From Eledone cirrhosa (lineage: Eukaryota), in contig OZ024742.1 of assembly GCA_964016885.1 (NCBI GenBank), forward strand, positions 347,882,001-347,946,000: 64,000 nucleotides of DNA, in the 5' to 3' direction. This document shows, one piece after another, positions 1 through 13,216 of this stretch. The notes under the pieces are model-generated. The model was not told where the DNA came from, did not search any database, and worked only from the letters and a program-made list of their open reading frames with translations. The position numbers and the translations under genes were made by a program. Numbering within the stretch: the stretch's first letter is position 1; each line of letters opens with the position of its first letter.

Positions 1-638
1 CCAACGCATGTGGAGGACAATCCACTCTCCGACCTCTCACAAGTGGAGACTGGAGACGGATTCTGACGAGGAAACTGGGCAAAAAAGAAACCAAAAAAGA
101 CCCCCCCCCCCCCAAAAAAAAAAATAGAGAGCGAAACAAACAAACAAACAAACAAGAAAGTTACGACAGCTACGCTACCACCCACACCAGCATCACTAGC
201 CCCATCACCACAAACACAACACCAGCCCATCATCACAAACACCAACACCACAAAAATCACCATAAAGCGAAACAGAAACAAACCCCAACAAACGCAAACA
301 AAACAAAGCAACCAAACCGATACATACTATACAATATTAAATTTGAACAATAAGCAATTATTACACTACATCCAATACAACACCAGCATCACAGAAAAAG
401 ACTATGCAACACCCAAAAAAATTCACACCACCCACACACATACAAATCATTCGTATAACACAGAAAACATACGCAACACTAAAATCAAAATTCCCCAAAG
501 ACATCAGAGACTTCCGGCAAACACTTTCCAGGAGGATATATATAAAGGCATCCTTCTGGAGGCGGACACAAACAGTCAGAAGGACGGAAAAACCATCCTT
601 CCTCCACAAGAAGTGAGGTAAGTGGTCTTTCCCATCTT

Positions 639-3600
639 TTGCCACTCCTTTTCAACATGACCTTACTCAGAATAGGCATCATAAATGCGCGTGGCCTGGG
701 GTCATCATGGAAGCAGGATCCCCTGCTGAACGACCTCAGGTCAATGAACATAGATGTGGTGGCCATCAGCGAGGCACATGCCTTCGCACCCATCTTCGGC
801 GGTTACGATGTGTACGCATCTCCAAGCCGGCCGGGATCGGGAGGCGGAGTCGCTGTGTTGTTTCGGAGAGACCTGGCTCTCGTGATACGGATCATCTTCC
901 TGGACCCAGAAGGTAAGTCGGTGGTGCTGGACATGACCAGCAGCGAAGGCTATGAATTTAGGCTCGTGGCTGTGACTAGGGCAGGACGGCCTGATTTCTT
1001 CAGGCGACTGGAGACCTTCCTAGGAACGTCTCGCTCTTTAAAGTTAGTGGGCGATTGGAACGGGATCTTGGATGCACGCTAGGGTTGTGTGGGATTAGCG
1101 GATAGGGGAGGAGGGTGTAAAAACCTCGCAAACCTCCTCGGACGTTTCCAACTGTCTGGCAGGTACCGACTGGAGTTCCCGAATGTGCCAATGTGGACAT
1201 GGACAAACCGCATTGGGTCATCCAGGTCGTTTCTAGAATATTTTGTAAGGAAAAAGATAGTTCTAGTAATTCAAAATAAACCACAAATTCGTGACCTGTG
1301 TGGTCGACTTAGATAGGCTTCATAGACAGGGACCCGGTTATTGGAAGCTAAACGCATCGTTGACAGTGCGCAAAGCCTACAGAGACCGGATTAGCGAATT
1401 AGTTACGCGGGCGTTGACGGGGGCAATCGTCAACAAAAAATGGTGGTTCGCCCTGAAAAGGGTACATTAGGTTTAGTAAGGCGTTAGCAATAGAGAAAAA
1501 TAGAGAACTAGTTAGAAAATTAGACGAGGCGCTTAGTAAAGGCATCGCGACCGACGTACTTGCGGCGAAATTGGCACTCGACCAATTCTTCAACACAAAG
1601 CACGAAGGCTGCGTTGTCAGAACTATGGCGCGTGCTCTCAGAAACGAAAGGACGAAAGCCGTTCGATGGGCCCGAGTGGTGTAGGCACGTCGTGGCAACA
1701 CAGCCACAATCTAGTCTTTCGAGGACCACGACCGGCGTATGTTACTCGAACCCTAGCAAATATGTGCGGCTTTTCAGTGGCATTTCGCTCAGCTGTTCGG
1801 CGGCAGCTGTGGGTCGGATCGCAGGATGGACTTTAGCGCCTACCTCAACGGACTGCCGCGGCTCTCGGTCACTGGGGCAGAGTTGCGAAAGGCCGATAAC
1901 AGTCGCTGAAATACGGGTAGCAATAACTGACTGCACGATGGATAAATCGCCTGCCCATAACTTTACTAAACACAGAGTTCAAGATTTTGGCCAAGGTGCT
2001 AGCAACGAGGTTGGCGCTTGTCGTCGGTGGTCTGGTGGGAGAGGCGTAGACATGCGCCATTTCTGGCAGATCCATTTACGACAACCTCCACCTCATGCGA
2101 TACATCGTGGAGAGAGTAGCTAGGGAACCTGGCACGGGTGGGTTCTTGATCAATTTAGATCAGTCGAAAGCTTTCGATAGGGTCGACCATCGTTATCTAG
2201 CGGCAGTCCTGAGGTTGGCTGGCTTTGGGCCCGTCTTCAGAGGCTGGATCGCTGCCATGCACAGCAACATCTGCTCTGTGGTGAGAGTGAACGGTCACCT
2301 TACGGAACCGTTCAACATCATGCCAAGGATGTCCCCTCTCGTCCCTGTTGTACGTATTGACTCTGGAGCCATTACTGCACAAACTGGAGACGTTGAGGGG
2401 CGTCCCGCACGAACTGGGATGCGGCAAAAAACGTGTCAGCATATGCAGACGATGTCACCGTATTGGGGTCGAACGCAAAACGCATCGAGGCGATCGGCAC
2501 TACACTAAGAGAACACGAGGCAGTGACAGGAGCAATGATCAACCAAGAAAATTCGGTGGGCCAGCAGCTCGGCACCTGGAGAGGCAGGTCCATACCGTCT
2601 AACAGCGAAGTCGGGCGCTGGACGAATGGACCGGTTAAATTGCTAGGGGTCTTGTTCGGTTCGGACCTCCAGACGGACAAAAACTGGGACGAGGTGACGA
2701 ACAGGGTGGCCTCTCTCACCCAGAAATGGGCCAAGAGGAAGCTATCCTTGAAAGGTCGAGCGGAGGTGGTGAATGCGAACATCGCGTCCATCATCTACTT
2801 CCACCTGACCGTCGTGCCTTGTCCTAAGCTTCTCCTGACTGCACTGGAGTGTTTCCTCTTTCATCTGCTGTCAACACCTGCTACGTGGAGAGCTGGTCAT
2901 GCCGTGGCTGATGATGCGCAGACACGCGCTCAGGGTACGACATCTCCACCTCTTCCTCGACGGTGATCGGGTGTGGACGCCGTTTGCTAGACGCGTTTCC
3001 CCAGCTCGTCTCCTTGACGGAGCTGCAGTCCTAGGTCAAGCGAAGACCGAGAGGGGGCGCTTGGAGACTGGAATGTCTTCAGGCGCTTACAGCCCTCGAC
3101 CAGTCGGGCCATACGATCGGTGGAAACTCCACCTTGTCGTTCTATAGAGGATTAGTGGAGGGGAAGAGTGACGACGTCCTTGGGGAGACTCTGGGCGTCG
3201 ACGAAAATCAACTAGCCAAACTCTTCGAGAGAACTTTCGGGCCGAGGCCTATGGACAACTTCCAGAAATCCCTGGCCTGGCAGTGCTACCGAGGAGCTTT
3301 GCCAGTTCGGGATAAACTCTACAGGCATGGAAGTGCCGTCAGCCGAGCCTGTCTGAGATTCGCGCAGGGTGACGAAACCGTCCTGCACAAACTCATCCAG
3401 TGTCCGAGCATTGCTGACTTGTGGAGCTATATCGAACAGTTGCTGTCGCGTGTAGGACGGATCCGGTTATCAGCTGAGTCCATCGTGGGGATTTCCCCGC
3501 CGTCTTCCTTTAGCCGAGAAGGGCAGGCAGTTTTTATCTGTTTGGTGGCCATGGCGAAAGAGATAGTGTGGTGGACGCGTTTGAAAGGGCTGAAGACGAA

Positions 3601-4020
3601 CACTTACATCTTCGGTGATGCCCTGATTGACTTTTTAAAATTTCATTTGCAAAGGAAAATCAGGGTAGAGAGGGAAGTGCTCTCTTCCCAGCATTTTGTT
3701 GAAAGATGGGTGAGAGAGGCAAGCATGGCCCGAGTGAATGGGCCTGCTCTGAGTATGCGCTTGTAAATTGAAGGTGGAAACCTGGAGAGGGTACTTGCCC
3801 TGGTGATCAGAGTCACCATGGCTTTTTTTATGGGCTCTCTCCACGAGCGACGCTCGGAAGTCTCCCCATTATTGCGGAATTTTTCATTGTTTCTTTTTTG
3901 TTACATACTCTGTTTTTTTGTTGTTTTTTTTTGTTTTTTTTACACCCAGAAATCCAATTTGTACCGTTCTGTATTGTTCTGTGCTGTCCTTAATGTTATA
4001 CTTTGTGTCAACCCTTGTTC
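639..4020 (+). mobile_element. Degenerate L1/Tx1-clade LINE: ORF2 (APE endonuclease, RT, C-terminal Cys/His motif) broken by stops/frameshifts, plus T-rich 3' UTR
   Basis: Fragments read INARG...DVVAISE...GGGVAVLF...VGDWN (APE), LDQSKAFDRVDH and SAYADDVT (RT), RACLR...ETVLHKLIQC (zinc knuckle); ORF2 stop at 3766. Confidence 0.9.
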
Positions 4021-4021
4021 C

Positions 4022-4615
4022 AAAAATCCCTGGCCTGGCAGTGCTGCCCGGGAGCGCTGCCGGTTCGAGATAAGCTCTACAGACACGGAAGTGCCGTCAG
4101 CCGTGCCCGGGCATTGCTGACTTGTGGAGCTATGTCGAACAGTTGGTGACGCGTGTAGGACTGATCCGGTTATCGACTGACTCCATTGTGCAGATGGTCT
4201 CGCCGTCTTCCTTCGAGGAAGAAAGGCAGGCGGTTTTCATCTGCCTGGTGGCCATGGCGAAAGAGTTGCGTGGTGGACAAGGTTGAAAGGGTTAAAGACA
4301 GACACTTTCCTCTTCGGCGAATCCCTAATTAACTTTTTCAAGTTTCACTTGAAGGGGAAAATCAGGGTGGAGAGGCAAGTGCTGCCTTCTAGTAACTTTG
4401 TTGAAAGGTGGGTGAATGTAGCGAGAATGGTCCGAGTGAACGGGACCGCTCTGAATATACGTCTGTAGTTTGAGAAATAGAAAAATTGAGAGAGGGCGCT
4501 TGCCCTGGTAGCCAGGGTGGCCGTGGTCTTTTGTGTGGTTTTCGCTACGAGTAACCCTCGGAGGTTTCCCCCCTATTGGGGAATTTTTCATTGTTTCAAT
4601 TTTCATTTTTTTGTT
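4022..4615 (+). mobile_element. Second, diverged 5'-truncated copy of the Tx1-like LINE 3' end, in tandem with the first
   Basis: ORF 4283-4468 (KGLKTDTF...RVNGTALNIRL) is homologous to the end of ORF 3134-3766; 3' UTR also similar; internal deletion near 4105. Confidence 0.85.
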
Positions 4616-4616
4616 T

Positions 4617-5316
4617 ATATCATCATCATCATCATCATCAACGTTTAACGTCCGTGTTCCACGCTTGCATGGGTTTGGACGGGGGTAGTCCCACTTGAGG
4701 CAAGAGTGATTGTCTTGCTCGCATAGGACTGTCTGGCAGGTTTTCTACAGTTGGATGCCCTTCCTAACACCAACCACATTTACAGTGTGGGTCTGGGAGG
4801 TTTTTACCGTGTTGCCTACACGGCCACATTACAGCGTGGACTGTGTGTTTTTTTGTCGTGACACCTACACGATCTCATTTGTTTCGGCCTGGATGGCGCG
4901 GCACCAACATAACTTTACATAGAATGGGGTGGTGTGGATGGGGTGGGGTGGGTGGGACGGGGTGTATTTTGTTAGAGATGCCTACTGGCTGGAGTAGGTT
5001 TTACTATATATTTAGGTAAGGCGGGTCTTCTCTATTACTGAGTACCGCCAAAGGTCTCGGTCCAGTGACATTGTCTTGGAGAGGTGTAAGTGTGTGATGT
5101 CGGAGTTTATCAGCTCGTCCCAGGTTTTTCTAGGTCTGCCTATTCCGTGACTACCGTCTATCTTTATTGCCCTGCACTTTGTTATACAGCTATCGACTTT
5201 CATGCGCATCACGTGTCCATACCAACGTAGCCTTCTCTCGAGTAAACAACATCTGATCCCTCTTATCTCTAATTTTTTCCTTAGTTCGTTTATGCTTTGC
5301 CGTTCACGTATATTAC
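4617..5316 (-). mobile_element. 5'-truncated RTE-clade LINE (ORF end, 3' UTR, (GAT)n tail)
   Basis: [12 protein letters not shown]...GRPRKTW RTE C-terminal motif; near-identical to 58233-58926. Confidence 0.9.
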
Positions 5317-5462
5317 ATATATATATATATGTTTCTATGTTTTTTTTTTCTTTTCTTATATAAATAATAAAAATATTTCCACGCACAAAACCCTCATCGT
5401 ACCGTCCTGTGCTGTCTGTAATGTTTTTCTTGATGTCAGCTCTTATGGCCAATAAAGAAATC

Positions 5463-8400
5463 ATTATTATTATTATTATTATTACTATTATTATTCTTCT
5501 TCTTTGAGTCTCAGTCATTGATGTTAGTTAACTGGAAAGTTTGTTGAAATGAATATCAAGCCACTACCTGCAGCCTCAGATATTCAGGACGTATCGGAGG
5601 GTTCTTGCTGTTCCCAGCAAGCATGCCTTTTGAAGCGTTCCAAAAAGCGTGAAGGGGCCAATTTTCTCTAACCACCCTTGGAAACTTTTTGAGATAGTAC
5701 CTAGTGCGCCTATGACAATCGGGACCACTTTGACTTCATGGCAGTTCCAAATCCTTTTTACCTCCCACTTTAAGTCCTGGTATCGGTTAATTTTTTCCCT
5801 CTCCTTCTCTTGCACTCTCGTGTCGAATGGGCAGGCCACATCCACAATCAGGCACGATCTTTTTTCTTTGTCCACAACCACCAGGTCAGGTCTATTGTGT
5901 TCCAGTTTCTTGTCCGTCTGTATCCTAAAATCCCACAGTACCTTCACCTGATCGTTTTCCATCACCGACTCTGTCTTATGCTCATACCACTTCTCAGAAT
6001 GTGGTAAATTGTTTACTTTGCATAGGTGCCAGTGGATCACCCTGCCCATCACATCATGTCTCCAGCCCTTATAGTGAGTCTGGGCTAGGTGTTTACACTC
6101 GGATACAATGTGAGCTACAGTCTCCTCTCTCTCTCTCCACAGATCCTGCACAGTGGGCTAGCCTCCTCCTTGTAAATATAGTGTTTCAACCACTTCGTTT
6201 TGAGGGCCTGCACTTGCGCAGCCATTAACATTCCTTCTGTAGCCTTTTTAAGGTCTCCTCTTTTCAACCAGTTCCATGTCTGTGGATCTCTGAATTCAGT
6301 TTTCTCAAAGAAGGTACTATGAAGGGATTTTTCCTGAAGGCTGCTCTTTCTCCTTGATGTTATTTCCTCCTTGGACATCCCCTGATCTATTGTCCTCTCC
6401 TTCAGTACAGTTCTGAGCATTGGCTCCTTACTATCAGTCACGTATTTGTGTAGGTTGTTTTTCTCCATCTGAACACAGTCCTCTATGCTGATAAGACCTC
6501 TTCCACCTTCAGATCTCCTTAAGTAGAGTCTATCGACATCACTCCTCTTGTGGAACATGTTGTAGATAGTCAATAGCTTCCTAGTCTTCCTATCCATTTC
6601 TTTTTGTTCAGCAACATTCCATCTCAGAATTCCTGCACTGTACCTAATAATAGACACAGCTCGGGAATTTACTGCACTTATGGTATTCCTACTGTTCAGA
6701 TGTGACTTTAATACGCTCCTTACTCTCCGAATGTATTCAGTTCTTATCAATTCCTTCATTTCTTTTGTTCTTGATGTCATCAGCCTCCAGAACACCCAAA
6801 TACTTGAATCCTTCTTCAGTGTTAATTTCCTTTATCATCTCACCTGTTGGTACCTGGATTCCGTTACTTCTGCTCAACTTACCCCTCCTCATCACAATGA
6901 CTCCACACTTACTAATACCAAATTGCATACATATATCATTACTGAAAATACGGACAGTATCAACAAGCACATCCAACTCCTTCTCACTCTTCCCGAAGAG
7001 CTTAAGATCGTCCATGAAGAGGAGGTGATTGATGGTAAGCCCTCCCTTTCCCAACCTGTATCCTGCTCTCACTTTTCGCAGTATACTGGTCAGGGGCATC
7101 AGGGCAAGGACAAACAACAGAGGGGACAGACTATCTCCCTGGAAGATACCTCTCTTGATCTTCACGCTTCCCAAGGATTCTCCAGCTGATGTTAACTTTG
7201 TTTCCCAGGACTTCATACTTTTGCCCAAGAACTGTCTGATGTTATCTGCCACCTTGAAGATCTCCAGGCTTTTGGTGATCCAAGAATGAGGCACCATGTC
7301 AAATGCCTTTTTGTAGTCTATCCATCCCATGGCAAGACCAGTGTGTCTCCTCTTGCAATTCCTCATTACCATCTTATCAATAAGTAACTGGTCCTTTGTA
7401 CCACGGGACTTCTTTCGGCATCCTTTCTGTTCGTCCGGTAACAAGTTGTTTGTGTGGAGGTGATGGTAGATTTCCTCAGACATAATGCTTGTCAACAGTT
7501 TCCACATTACGGACAGACATGTGATAGGTCTATAGTTGGTAACATCATTACCCTTGATTCGGTCTTTCATTATCAGAACTGTGGTACCTTTTGTCAACCA
7601 CTGTGGTACCTCACCTGACATCAAGCAGTCATTGAACATGGTTGTCAGTTTCGGGTGGAGGGATGTTATATTTTTAATCCAATACCCCTGCACACCATCT
7701 GGGCCTGGTGATTTCCAGTTAGTTAGTTTTTTGGCCTGCCCCTTAAGAGTTTCAACTGTGATACTCAAATCAGTTTGTTGGTGTGCCTGTTCACTAATCT
7801 CCTTCTGTACTGTCTCAATCCACACTGCCTTTCATTATGTTTAACATCCTGCTCCCATATTCCTCTCCTGAATGCTTTAGTTTGTTCCGCCTCAGGGATC
7901 ACGTCGTTGCCTCTTTCTTTCCCTTCAAGCTGTCCAAACAGCATCTTCTGGTTGTTGTCAAACATGCGGTTCTGTCTATACTGACTGACTCTGTTCTCGT
8001 ATCGCCTGATTTTTGCACTCTTTGCTACAATGCGTTGCTTCAGTTCTTCTCTGATAATATTTAGCTTTTTCCTCCTAGTTTTGTACTTTATTTCCAGTCT
8101 ATTTTTAGTGTCCCATTCAGTAGGGATTCAAGCTTTCCAATGTCATTTCTCATTTCCCTGATTTGACCACTCAGTCGTTTCTTCCACCAAGCCACCAAGG
8201 CTCTGATCTTTCTTGTTTGTTGTTTCCTCTCGCTTTTATACCAAGTAATTTCCTCACCGTATTTGCTGTTGCTTTGAGGATATTGTTGCACTGGTGAAAG
8301 CTCCTCGCCTCAAGGTATGGGATGACTTTGTTTACCTTAGCTGTTGTTTCTTTTAACTTTTTCCTGTCTACAAATCTTAGGTTCATAGGTTTCCCACTAT

Positions 8401-8714
8401 CATTGTTCAATTCATCTACCACTAAGTTTAGGATATCAACCAAATCTTGTCCTAGCCCGTCCGCATGCATCTCCTCAGTGGCCGTATCTCTGTTTCAGGT
8501 ATTATTTATTTCAGCATTCAGATCATTGTCTGCTTCGGATGGTTCCTCCGTTCTCTCGACCTCTTCACCTTCATTTCCCACTGGCTCGTTTGCCTGGCAT
8601 ACTCCACTCTCCATTTCGAAGCTAATCTCTCTGCTCAGTTCCTCCAGTTCCAGCTCGCTTATCCACCCATTAATTCTTATTACCCGAGCCTGCCCGGCCA
8701 ATTTTTATTCATCT
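5463..8714 (-). mobile_element. R4/Dong-like LINE with restriction-like endonuclease, frameshifted, (TAA)n tail
   Basis: RT motifs WIDYKKAFDMVPH, QGDSLSPLLF, HLLFMDDLKL; CRIC...HIVSEC zinc knuckle; RHD and RPDLVVVDK...IVDVACP (RLE); TAA repeats at 5463-5494 and 8715-8739. Confidence 0.9.
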
Positions 8715-9372
8715 AATTATTATTATTATTATTATTATTGCTCTTTGAGTCTCAGTCATTGATGTTATTTAACTGGAAAGTTTGTTGAAATGAATATCAA
8801 GCCACTACCTGCAGCCTCAGATATTCAGGACGTATCGGAGGGTTCTTGCTGTTCCCAGCAAGCATGCCTTTTAAAGTGTTCCAAAAAGCGGGACTAGACT
8901 AATCTTCTTTAACCATCCTTGGAAACTCTTTGAGATAGTACCTAGTGCGCCTATGACAATCGGGACGACCTTGGTTTCATGGCAGTTCCAAATCCTTTTT
9001 ACCTCCCACTTTAAGTCCTGGTATCGGTTAATTTTCTCCCTCTCCTTTTCTTGCACTCTCGTGTCAAATGGGCAGGCTACATCTACTATCAGGCACGATC
9101 TTTTTTCCTTGTCCCAAACCACCAGTTCAGGTTTATTGTGTTCCAGTTTCTTGTCCGTCTGTATCCTAAAATCCCACAGCACCTTCACTTGATAGTTTTC
9201 CATCACCGACTCTGCCTTATGCTCATACCACTTCTCAGAATGTGGTAAATTGTTTACTTTGCATAGGTGCCAGTGGATCACCCTGCCCATCACATCATGT
9301 CTCCAGCCTTTATAGTGAGTCTGGGCTAGGCGTTTACACTCGGATACAATGTGAGCCACAGTCTCCTCTCTC
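8715..9372 (-). mobile_element. Second 5'-truncated R4/Dong-like copy (RLE domain, 3' UTR, (TAA)n tail)
   Basis: ORF 8871-9359 is nearly identical to 5576-6151; same 3' UTR at 8741-8816. Confidence 0.9.
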
Positions 9373-9460
9373 CTGACATAGTAGATGATTAAGATTCAGT
9401 CATGGTAGTCATGACTGAATCTTAACCATCAACTATGTCAGGGTATGTCATGCATCATCT

Positions 9461-9527
9461 TATTTTATCTGATGAGGACGTACTGTTGAACTTAACTCAG
9501 TACCTCTGAAATATGTATAATAAAATA
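9461..9527 (+). ncRNA. Type I hammerhead ribozyme motif in a small PLE-like fragment (9373-9570)
   Basis: Stem I TATTTTAT/ATAAAATA; CTGATGA 9469-9475; stem II GGACGTACTG/CAGTACCTCT; GAAA 9508-9511; minimal stem III; AUA cleavage triplet. Confidence 0.7.
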
Positions 9528-9567
9528 TACTTGATCACAAGAATATCTATTTTGTTAATATTTTGAA

Positions 9568-9614
<47 letters not shown>

Positions 9615-9766
9615 TAATTTGTATTCCAATGTTACTAAGTAGTTGCATTGGATGGAGTCAACTGACGTCAGAGATTGCTCAACGTATAATAAAGTGTGTT
9701 TTAAAATCCGGAGAAAATATGGAGAAAAAATTTACGAAATGGAAATGCGGGTATATAGAATTTATT

Positions 9767-9883
9767 AGGTAACAATTGTTTCTATAGTGTATGAGTTACC
9801 TATACCTCGCTATTTGAATAATACACAAATATTATCAAAAACCGAAAGTACACTGTAAGCCAACACACCTTGTCGTCAGACCT
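9767..9883 (-). ncRNA. Atypical hammerhead motif in the inverted PLE pseudo-LTR
   Basis: Reverse complement of 12893-13009 with CTGACGA core. Confidence 0.6.
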
Positions 9884-10308
9884 TTGTATTAGAATGATAT
9901 GAAAATATTTTATACACTAGATAACAGATAAAGAAGGAGGTAGGAAGAGAAGGGGAAGAGGGAAGTGAGTAAGGTGGAGGGAGTCTTAGGGTTTAAGACT
10001 GTCAGACTAGTAGAGATTGTGAAGAGAGAATGTTTTGGCAGCAGTTAGCTTAATGAGGCGTGCTAAGGTTGGCTGGGAAGTAGATACTTCTAGTGGTGTT
10101 GTTCGGACAAAATTTAGTTAGAGGGGTCAAAGTGGTACAATGTCACAGACAAGTTATTAGGGCTATTATAGTAGCAGGTTATTTCTAAAGGGGTCCAGAA
10201 AAACAGTGTTTAGTACTATTATTATAGAAAGCCATATCTAGTGTATAAACATATAAGACAGAAATTTGCAAACGTTGGTGTAAAAAGGTAACATTATATG
10301 CATTTAAA

Positions 10309-10493
10309 GGGCGGAGGATTGGCAGTATCGGTAGAGGATCGGACGCCATGCTTTCCAGCATAGTTACGTCCCTTTATGATCTGAGTTCAAATCCCGCCAA
10401 GGTTGACTTTGCCTTTCATCCTTACGGGGTCGATAAAATAAAGTACCAGTAATGCACTGGGTAATTGCTGGCCTTGTGCCTAAAGTAGAAACA
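10309..10493 (+). mobile_element. tRNA-derived SINE (resembles octopus OK-type) inserted into the inverted PLE copy
   Basis: A box TGGCAGTATCGG, B box GAGTTCAAATCC; 16-bp TSD ATTATATGCATTTAAA at 10293-10308 and 10494-10509; absent from the other PLE copies. Confidence 0.9.
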
Positions 10494-10494
10494 A

Positions 10495-11461
10495 TTATAT
10501 GCATTTAAAAAAAGAAAAAGTCGTTTTCAAACGATGGTTACAGTATAGAGAACGTTCAATTTTGCTGTTCAAAAGTTTGTTTACCGACGTTAAAATGCAG
10601 TATATCTCTAAATTGCATAACTTGCAGAATCGATGATTTTGCTGATATGCAGGCGCAGCTGCAATAATTTGCCAATCAAGGGAGAACGCTTGATTGTTCC
10701 TCCGAAGTTGCCAGGCTTTATCGGCGAGGGTTGTTACGGAGCGCATTTTCTCGTGCCTGATCGAAGATCGATGTTGGTATAGGCGAGCCTTGAAAGAAGT
10801 TGCGGTACATCCGACGTAATACCATTTGTTGGTCCCGGTATTTATTGTACACCGGTAGACAATATTGCGTGCTAAGCACTGGTTATTCAGTGGGCACGTA
10901 CCTGGTTTGGTGCAGTTACAACTATTTTTATGTTTTGCAGTAGAATCCTGGATAGTTTGGTGGGGTTGTGGTTGCGTGTTAGTGCGTTGCATGTTGCTAT
11001 GCTGGTGCGCTGAGTCATTAGGGATGTACTTATTCAGTATTGCTGAGTTGAGTTTTCTAATTAGTTGTTCTATGTTAGGTGCAGTGGAGTATGATAGTCT
11101 AATGGTGCGCGAGTTAAAGATTTTATAGTATTTATGTGAAGTTGTAAAGTGTTTATTGATTAGTGTATAGAATTGTGAGATAATCTTAGTGCTAATAGAA
11201 GAATTGTACACGGGGTTATACCATATGTACTCTCTACGTCTGACTCTATTTGCTGGTTTGCACCTGTTAGTATGCCTATTGATGTGTGTGTGGTGCAATA
11301 CTAGTTCGACTTAGATGTGTTTTATTCATAGTACTTATGTGGTTATCGTCTAGATATTCAATTTTCTCGCAGTAACCAGCTTTTCTAAGTGCGTCATTAT
11401 AATATTCAGCATGCTCGTTGAAGGTCTGCAAATTAGACGACAGTCGGGAGATCCTTATGGA
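10495..11461 (-). pseudogene. Inverted 3' fragment of the PLE ORF (thumb/linker/GIY-YIG)
   Basis: ORF 10495-11298 matches the C-terminus of 13217-15499 with two amino-acid changes. Confidence 0.9.
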
Positions 11462-12482
11462 TGTAAAATCGAACCATCCTCATTCCATTATTAAATCTAT
11501 CCCTAAAAATATATCCATAAGGATCTCCCGACTGTCGTCTAATTTGCAGACCTTCAACGAGCATGCTGAATATTATAATGACGCACTTAGAAAAGCTGGT
11601 TACTGCGAGAAAATTGAATATCTAGACGATAACCACATAAGTACTATGAATAAAACACATCTAAGTCGAACTAGTATTGCACCACACACACACATCAATA
11701 GGCATACTAACAGGTGCAAACCAGCAAATAGAGTCAGACGTAGAGAGTACATATGGTATAACCCCGTGTACAATTCTTCTATTAGCACTAAGATTATCTC
11801 ACAATTCTATACACTAATCAATAAACACTTTACAACTTCACATAAATACTATAAAATCTTTAACTCGCGCACCATTAGACTATCATACTCCACTGCACCT
11901 AACATAGAACAACTAATTAGAAAACTCAACTCAGCAATACTGAATAAGTACATCCCTAATGACTCAGCGCACCAGCATAGCAACATGCAACGCACTAACA
12001 CGCAACCACAACCCCACCAAACTATCCAGGATTCTACTGCAAAACATAAAAATAGTTGTAACTGCACCAAACCAGGTACGTGCCCACTGAATAACCAGTG
12101 CCTAGCACGCAATATTGTCTACCGGTGTACAATAAATTCCGGGACCAACAAATGGTATTACGTCGGATGTACCGCAACTTCTTTCAAGGCTCGCCTATAC
12201 CAACATCGATCTTCGATCAGGCACGGGAAAATGCGCTCCGTAACAACCCTCGCCGATAAAGCCTGGCAGCTTCGGAGGAACAATCAAGCGTTCTCCCTTG
12301 ATTGGCAAATTATTGCAGCTGCGCCTGCATATCAGCAAAATCATCGATTCTGCAAGTTATGCAATTTAGAGATATACTGCATTTTAACGTCGGTAAACAA
12401 ACTTTTGAACAGCAAAATTGAACGTTCTCTATACTGTAACCATCGTTTGAAAACGACTTTTTCTTTTTTTAAATGCATATAA
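11461..12482 (+). pseudogene. Direct 3' fragment of the PLE ORF (part of the upstream pseudo-LTR)
   Basis: Protein identical to the 14478-15499 translation from VKSNHPHS onward. Confidence 0.9.
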
Positions 12483-12892
12483 TGTTACCTTTTTACACCA
12501 ACGTTTGCAAATTTCTGTCTTATATGTTTATACACTAGATATGGCTTTCTATAATAATAGTACTAAACACTGTTTTTCTGGACCCCTTTAGAAATAACCT
12601 GCTACTATAATAGCCCTAATAACTTGTCTGTGACATTGTACCACTTTGACCCCTCTAACTAAATTTTGTCCGAACAACACCACTAGAAGTATCTACTTCC
12701 CAGCCAACCTTAGCACGCCTCATTAAGCTAACTGCTGCCAAAACATTCTCTCTTCACAATCTCTACTAGTCTGACAGTCTTAAACCCCAAGACTCCCTCC
12801 ACCTTACTCACTTCCCTCTTCCCCTTCTCTTCCTACCTCCTTCTTTATCTGTTATCTAGTGTATAAAATATTTTCATATCATTCTAATACAA

Positions 12893-13009
12893 AGGTCTGA
12901 TGACATGGTGTGTTGGCTTACAGTGTACTTTCGGTTTTTGATAATATTTGTGTATTATTCAAGTAGCGAGGTATAGGTAACTCATACACTATAGAAACAA
13001 TTGTTACCT
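12893..13009 (+). ncRNA. Atypical type I hammerhead motif in PLE pseudo-LTR (C10.1-A11.1, about 90-nt stem II domain)
   Basis: AGGT-CTGATGA-C-ATGGTGTGT...ATACACTAT-A-GAAA-CAATTG-TT-ACCT. Confidence 0.62.
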
Positions 13010-13216
13010 AATAAATTCTATATACCCGCATTTCCATTTCGTAAATTTTTTCTCCATATTTTCTCCGGATTTTAAAACACACTTTATTATACGTTGAGCA
13101 ATCTCTGACGTCAGTTGACTCCATCCAATGCAACTACTTAGTAACATTGGAATACAAATTATCTAATTCTTCACACTCCTTTACAGTCGAGCAACCTATC
13201 AACCCGCGTCTTTGAA

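Noticed and set aside
1-621. Possible ORF1 tail of the Tx1 element
   Set aside because: Position fits, but low complexity and no recognisable motif
10309-10400. tRNA gene
   Set aside because: A/B boxes only, with no cloverleaf; followed by a repeated body and TSD, so it is a SINE
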